DNA of 64,000 nucleotides, from NCBI GenBank assembly GCA_964252035.1, contig OZ176208.1. One strand, 5' to 3'. Source of the DNA: Podarcis erhardii (taxonomy: Eukaryota). The notes beneath the pieces were generated by a model. That model was not told the DNA's origin, ran no database searches, and was given only the letters and a program-made list of their open reading frames with translations. Within the stretch, counting starts at the first letter, position 1, and each line of letters starts with the position of its first letter. A program made the position numbers and the translations under genes. Of the stretch, positions 61,480 to 64,000 are shown in pieces.

Positions 61480-61906
61480 CTCCAAGAAATGCACCCCAGA
61501 AGAAGAGGGGCGCATTGGGGAGAAACATCAGGGTCGGAGGCGGGGCTAGCGTGTCAAGCCCCTCCTCCGAAGGAGCGCTGGGCCCGGGGATTGGTCAGCA
61601 CGGATTTGCAAAACCCCGCCTGGCGGGGAAGATTCTGGCCAGGCTGCTTGGGTATCGGAGCGCCTCGAGGAGAATCCGCAGAAATATTGTTTCTCTGCCC
61701 CGCCTAAGGAAGTGCGCTTGTCGCGCCTGCTCCGCGGATTTTCTGGCTAGCTGAAGCGGTCGGATCGAAGGCAAAGCGGCTGAGGCTTTGGCCCCGCAGC
61801 TGATGTCTGGACTATAATAGAGATCACCCGGGGTTGGGTAGCTTCCCCTGGACTTGACCTGCTCTGCCACCGCGTTTTGTTGTGGTTCTTGTTGCTCCGA
61901 GGAGAC
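61480..61906 (+). promoter_or_regulatory. CpG-island promoter and 5' UTR of KDR
   Basis: CpG-rich; GC box GAGGCGGGGC (61537-61546), ATTGG boxes (61514, 61590) and ETS site AGGAAGTG (61707-61714). The island continues into intron 1 to about 62700. Confidence 0.75.
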
Positions 61907-61979
61907 ATGGAGCTGGCGGCGGGACTGGGACTGATCCTGGCGCTGTGGGCTGCCGCGGAGCCCGGGCTGGTTGAGGCGG
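61907..61979 (+). CDS. KDR: KDR (VEGFR2) coding exon 1, signal peptide
   Basis: gagacATGG context; MELAAGLGLILALWAAAEPGLVEA-G followed by the strong phase-1 donor G|GTAAGA. A short signal-peptide first exon ending in phase 1, an MEL- start as in bird KDR, and divergent orientation upstream of SRD5A3 all match KDR. Identity rests largely on synteny because only 24 codons are visible. Confidence 0.78.
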
Positions 61980-62480
61980 GTAAGAGGAGCGCATGAGTGT
62001 GTGTGTGTTGTTGTTGTTGTTTATTGTTGGGTTGGTTGGTGGATAACTTAGCCGATCTCCTAGGGGCTCCCCTTCCCTAGGATCCAGGGAATCAGCTCAG
62101 CCAAGCTAGATTGGCACAGATCACACTCACACCCCCCCCACCCGCCGCCTCCCCAGGTGCCGAGGAATTCCCTGGGTTTGGGGGAAGAAATAGCCTGTCG
62201 AAGGATAGATGAATTTGGCGCGCGCGGGGGGTGGGTGGGGGGCTTTTTGCACAAAGAAAGGTGACAAGAACCAGCTGGAAGCGTAGCCCCTTCCACTGGA
62301 ACTAAGCCCCACCGAATTCAGCTGCACTTACTTCCGAGTAGACGTGGCCGGGATTGCTCTGCTGAGCGCCGATGTTCCGCGTTGTCTTGCGCAGCGCCTG
62401 GCGCACGGAGCGAGCCGAATCCAAAATGAGCAGGTGATCTTGGCGACCCGACCCTTCAGCCACATGTTGGCTTCTCTGGT

Positions 62481-62616
62481 CATAGAATCATAGAATTGGA
62501 AGGGGGTCCCGAGGATCATCTAGTCCAACCCCCTGCTATGCAGGAATATGCCGCTGACCCTGACTCGGGGATCGAACCTGCAACCTTGGCGTTGTCAGCA
62601 CCGCGCTCTAGCCAAC
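62481..62616 (-). mobile_element. tRNA-Ile-derived SINE with CR1 tail in KDR intron 1
   Basis: Minus strand gttggctagagcgcggtgctgacaacgccaaggttgcaggttcgatcccc resembles tRNA-Ile(AAT) and runs into ggttggactagatgatc...attctatgattctatg; 5' end of the A box is missing. Confidence 0.85.
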
Positions 62617-63829
62617 GACGGCCAAGGCGGCGACGCCCCGTAGCTGGGAATAAGCCCCATTGAATTCAGGACGAGTGATTTCCGAACAGGCAACGCTTAG
62701 CCTTGTGCTGTATGCACCGGGCTGAGAGAGCTGACTTGAAGCTACTTTGGTTATCTGGATGAGCTGGAGTGGCCCTGCCTTGGGGGCTTTCTCTGTCTCC
62801 CCCCTCCCCTCCGTATTTCAGCTGAGCAAGGATGTGGCTGGCTGAAGGGCTCAAACTCCTTGTTGGGTCTTTTTTAGCAGCAGCAGAGAGAGGCTGAGGT
62901 TGGGGAATAAGGAAGAGAGGATTTAGGGCCCTGGCTCCAAATCTCCTCCTGCCCCTCCAGAAGGATCACCATGGGTTCTCCAAGAAACCCACTTTCAGGT
63001 CCTTTTCACACAAGTGCCCCCCTCCCAATCCTTTTTTGTGTAAGGGTTAAAAAAATTGTAATCGATATTTAGATTCTGTGAACCGCCCTGAGACCTGCAG
63101 GTATAGGCCAGTATATAAATTCAACAGATAAATAAATCTATTTTAATATTTTAAATAGATTTTAACTTTTCTGGGACAGGAGCCCGCCCTCTTTGGCCTC
63201 CCTAAAGTACCACTCACACTGATGGTGCAATATTGACCATGGCACTACGCCATCATTTGCAAATAATGTGCATGTCTGCACATGTTCATGTTGGTATGTT
63301 AAAAAAACAAAACAACGGACCACAGGGAACCACTGTCAATTACAGGGGCAGGGATGGACATGCATGCAGTCTTCACACCATCCTTAATAATTGATGCTAT
63401 TATCACAGGGTTGCTATATTTCAAAAAGTGAAAATCCAGACACAAAAGTTGTTGACCGTTTTTTGGCTAAGTTGGTGAGCTTTTTTGGGAAGGAGGGGGA
63501 CTAAGTTGGTGAGCTTTATCGTTGTTGTTGTTATTATCATCAGTGTGTGTGACGTGCTGCTTTTTATACATCTTTTCCCTGGCTCAGAGGTGACATTCAT
63601 TTTGTGAAATACCTCCCAAAGTCCTTGCCAGTCTTGCTTTACCTAACCCTTTGGGATTATTAACCCATTGACACTGCAACCAGTGATACCAGTAGTGATA
63701 CCACTGGGACCCGGGGCAGGGAGCGTGCAAAAGGCAGGGAGCCCACCAGTAGTAGAGAGAACGATGCAATGATAAATGGAGCCGGAACCAACAACAGGCT
63801 GAGACAATAAATTCTAGATTCACCACCAT

Positions 63830-64000
63830 CCATCTCCCATCTTTAGTTCCACAAAGGGCATCACTGAGACTAAGGATGACAGCAACTAAAACTGATGGAA
63901 TACGCAGAGATGGCGAAACTTACCAGAAGAATAAGTGATCAAGTTGAGAGACTTTTTAAAGAAAACAGAAAATGTGTTGAATATATGAAGACAATTAAAA
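63830..64000 (+). mobile_element. L1-like LINE 3' fragment running off the window
   Basis: caactaaaactgatggaatacgcagagatggcg (QLKLMEYAEMA) matches the elements at 38450-38490 and 49330-49380. Confidence 0.7.

Noticed and set aside
22885-62616. tRNA-like A/B-box sequences at SINE heads (for example 22885, 34215, 52966, 62560-62616)
   Set aside because: All continue into SINE bodies and tails and lack intact cloverleaf ends, so they are not tRNA genes.
62000-64000. Search for KDR exon 2 (including ORF 63584-63829 and the plus-strand frame at about 63645-63810)
   Set aside because: No segment encodes the expected Ig-domain start (...LSIQK..LTI..N.TL.ITC). Exon 2 probably lies beyond the window.
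1-64000. CRISPR-like or other regularly spaced repeat-spacer arrays, and intact autonomous transposase or RT genes
   Set aside because: Repeats are dispersed TE copies or simple microsatellites, and all LINE ORFs are 5'-truncated or frameshifted.

Overview
Vertebrate genomic DNA, almost certainly a squamate reptile; the Sauria-SINE, BovB, L2 and MITE complement suggests a lacertid lizard (inference). Three protein-coding genes can be supported by hand-splicing: (1) exon 1 of TMEM165 (minus strand, 5463-5633), whose later exons lie left of the window; (2) the complete five-exon SRD5A3 polyprenal/polyprenol reductase gene (minus strand, 12279-18269, 930 nt, 309 aa); (3) the signal-peptide exon 1 of KDR/VEGFR2 (plus strand, 61907-61979). 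This reproduces the conserved KDR <- -> SRD5A3 -> TMEM165 synteny. The 43.6-kb SRD5A3-KDR interval is filled with LINE fragments (BovB/RTE, L1-like, L2, CR1), SINEs, Tc1/mariner and hAT MITEs, solo LTRs and microsatellites, with a few CpG-retaining, motif-dense blocks that may be KDR enhancers. No rRNA, true tRNA, CRISPR array or prokaryote-type system is present, and most entries in the ORF track are noise or TE fragments. The most unusual signals are four apparent templated-copying events: a BovB carrying 66 nt identical to the flank of another BovB 30 kb away, a headless and tailless SINE fragment copied from 2 kb away and flanked by 18-bp direct repeats, a fold-back hairpin insertion, and a micro-duplication. 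Three of these lie within 1.3 kb. Also notable are an Arg-rich uORF and a GASE/CLEAR-type E-box at TMEM165, and SRD5A3 exon 2 being tightly bracketed by two related MITEs.
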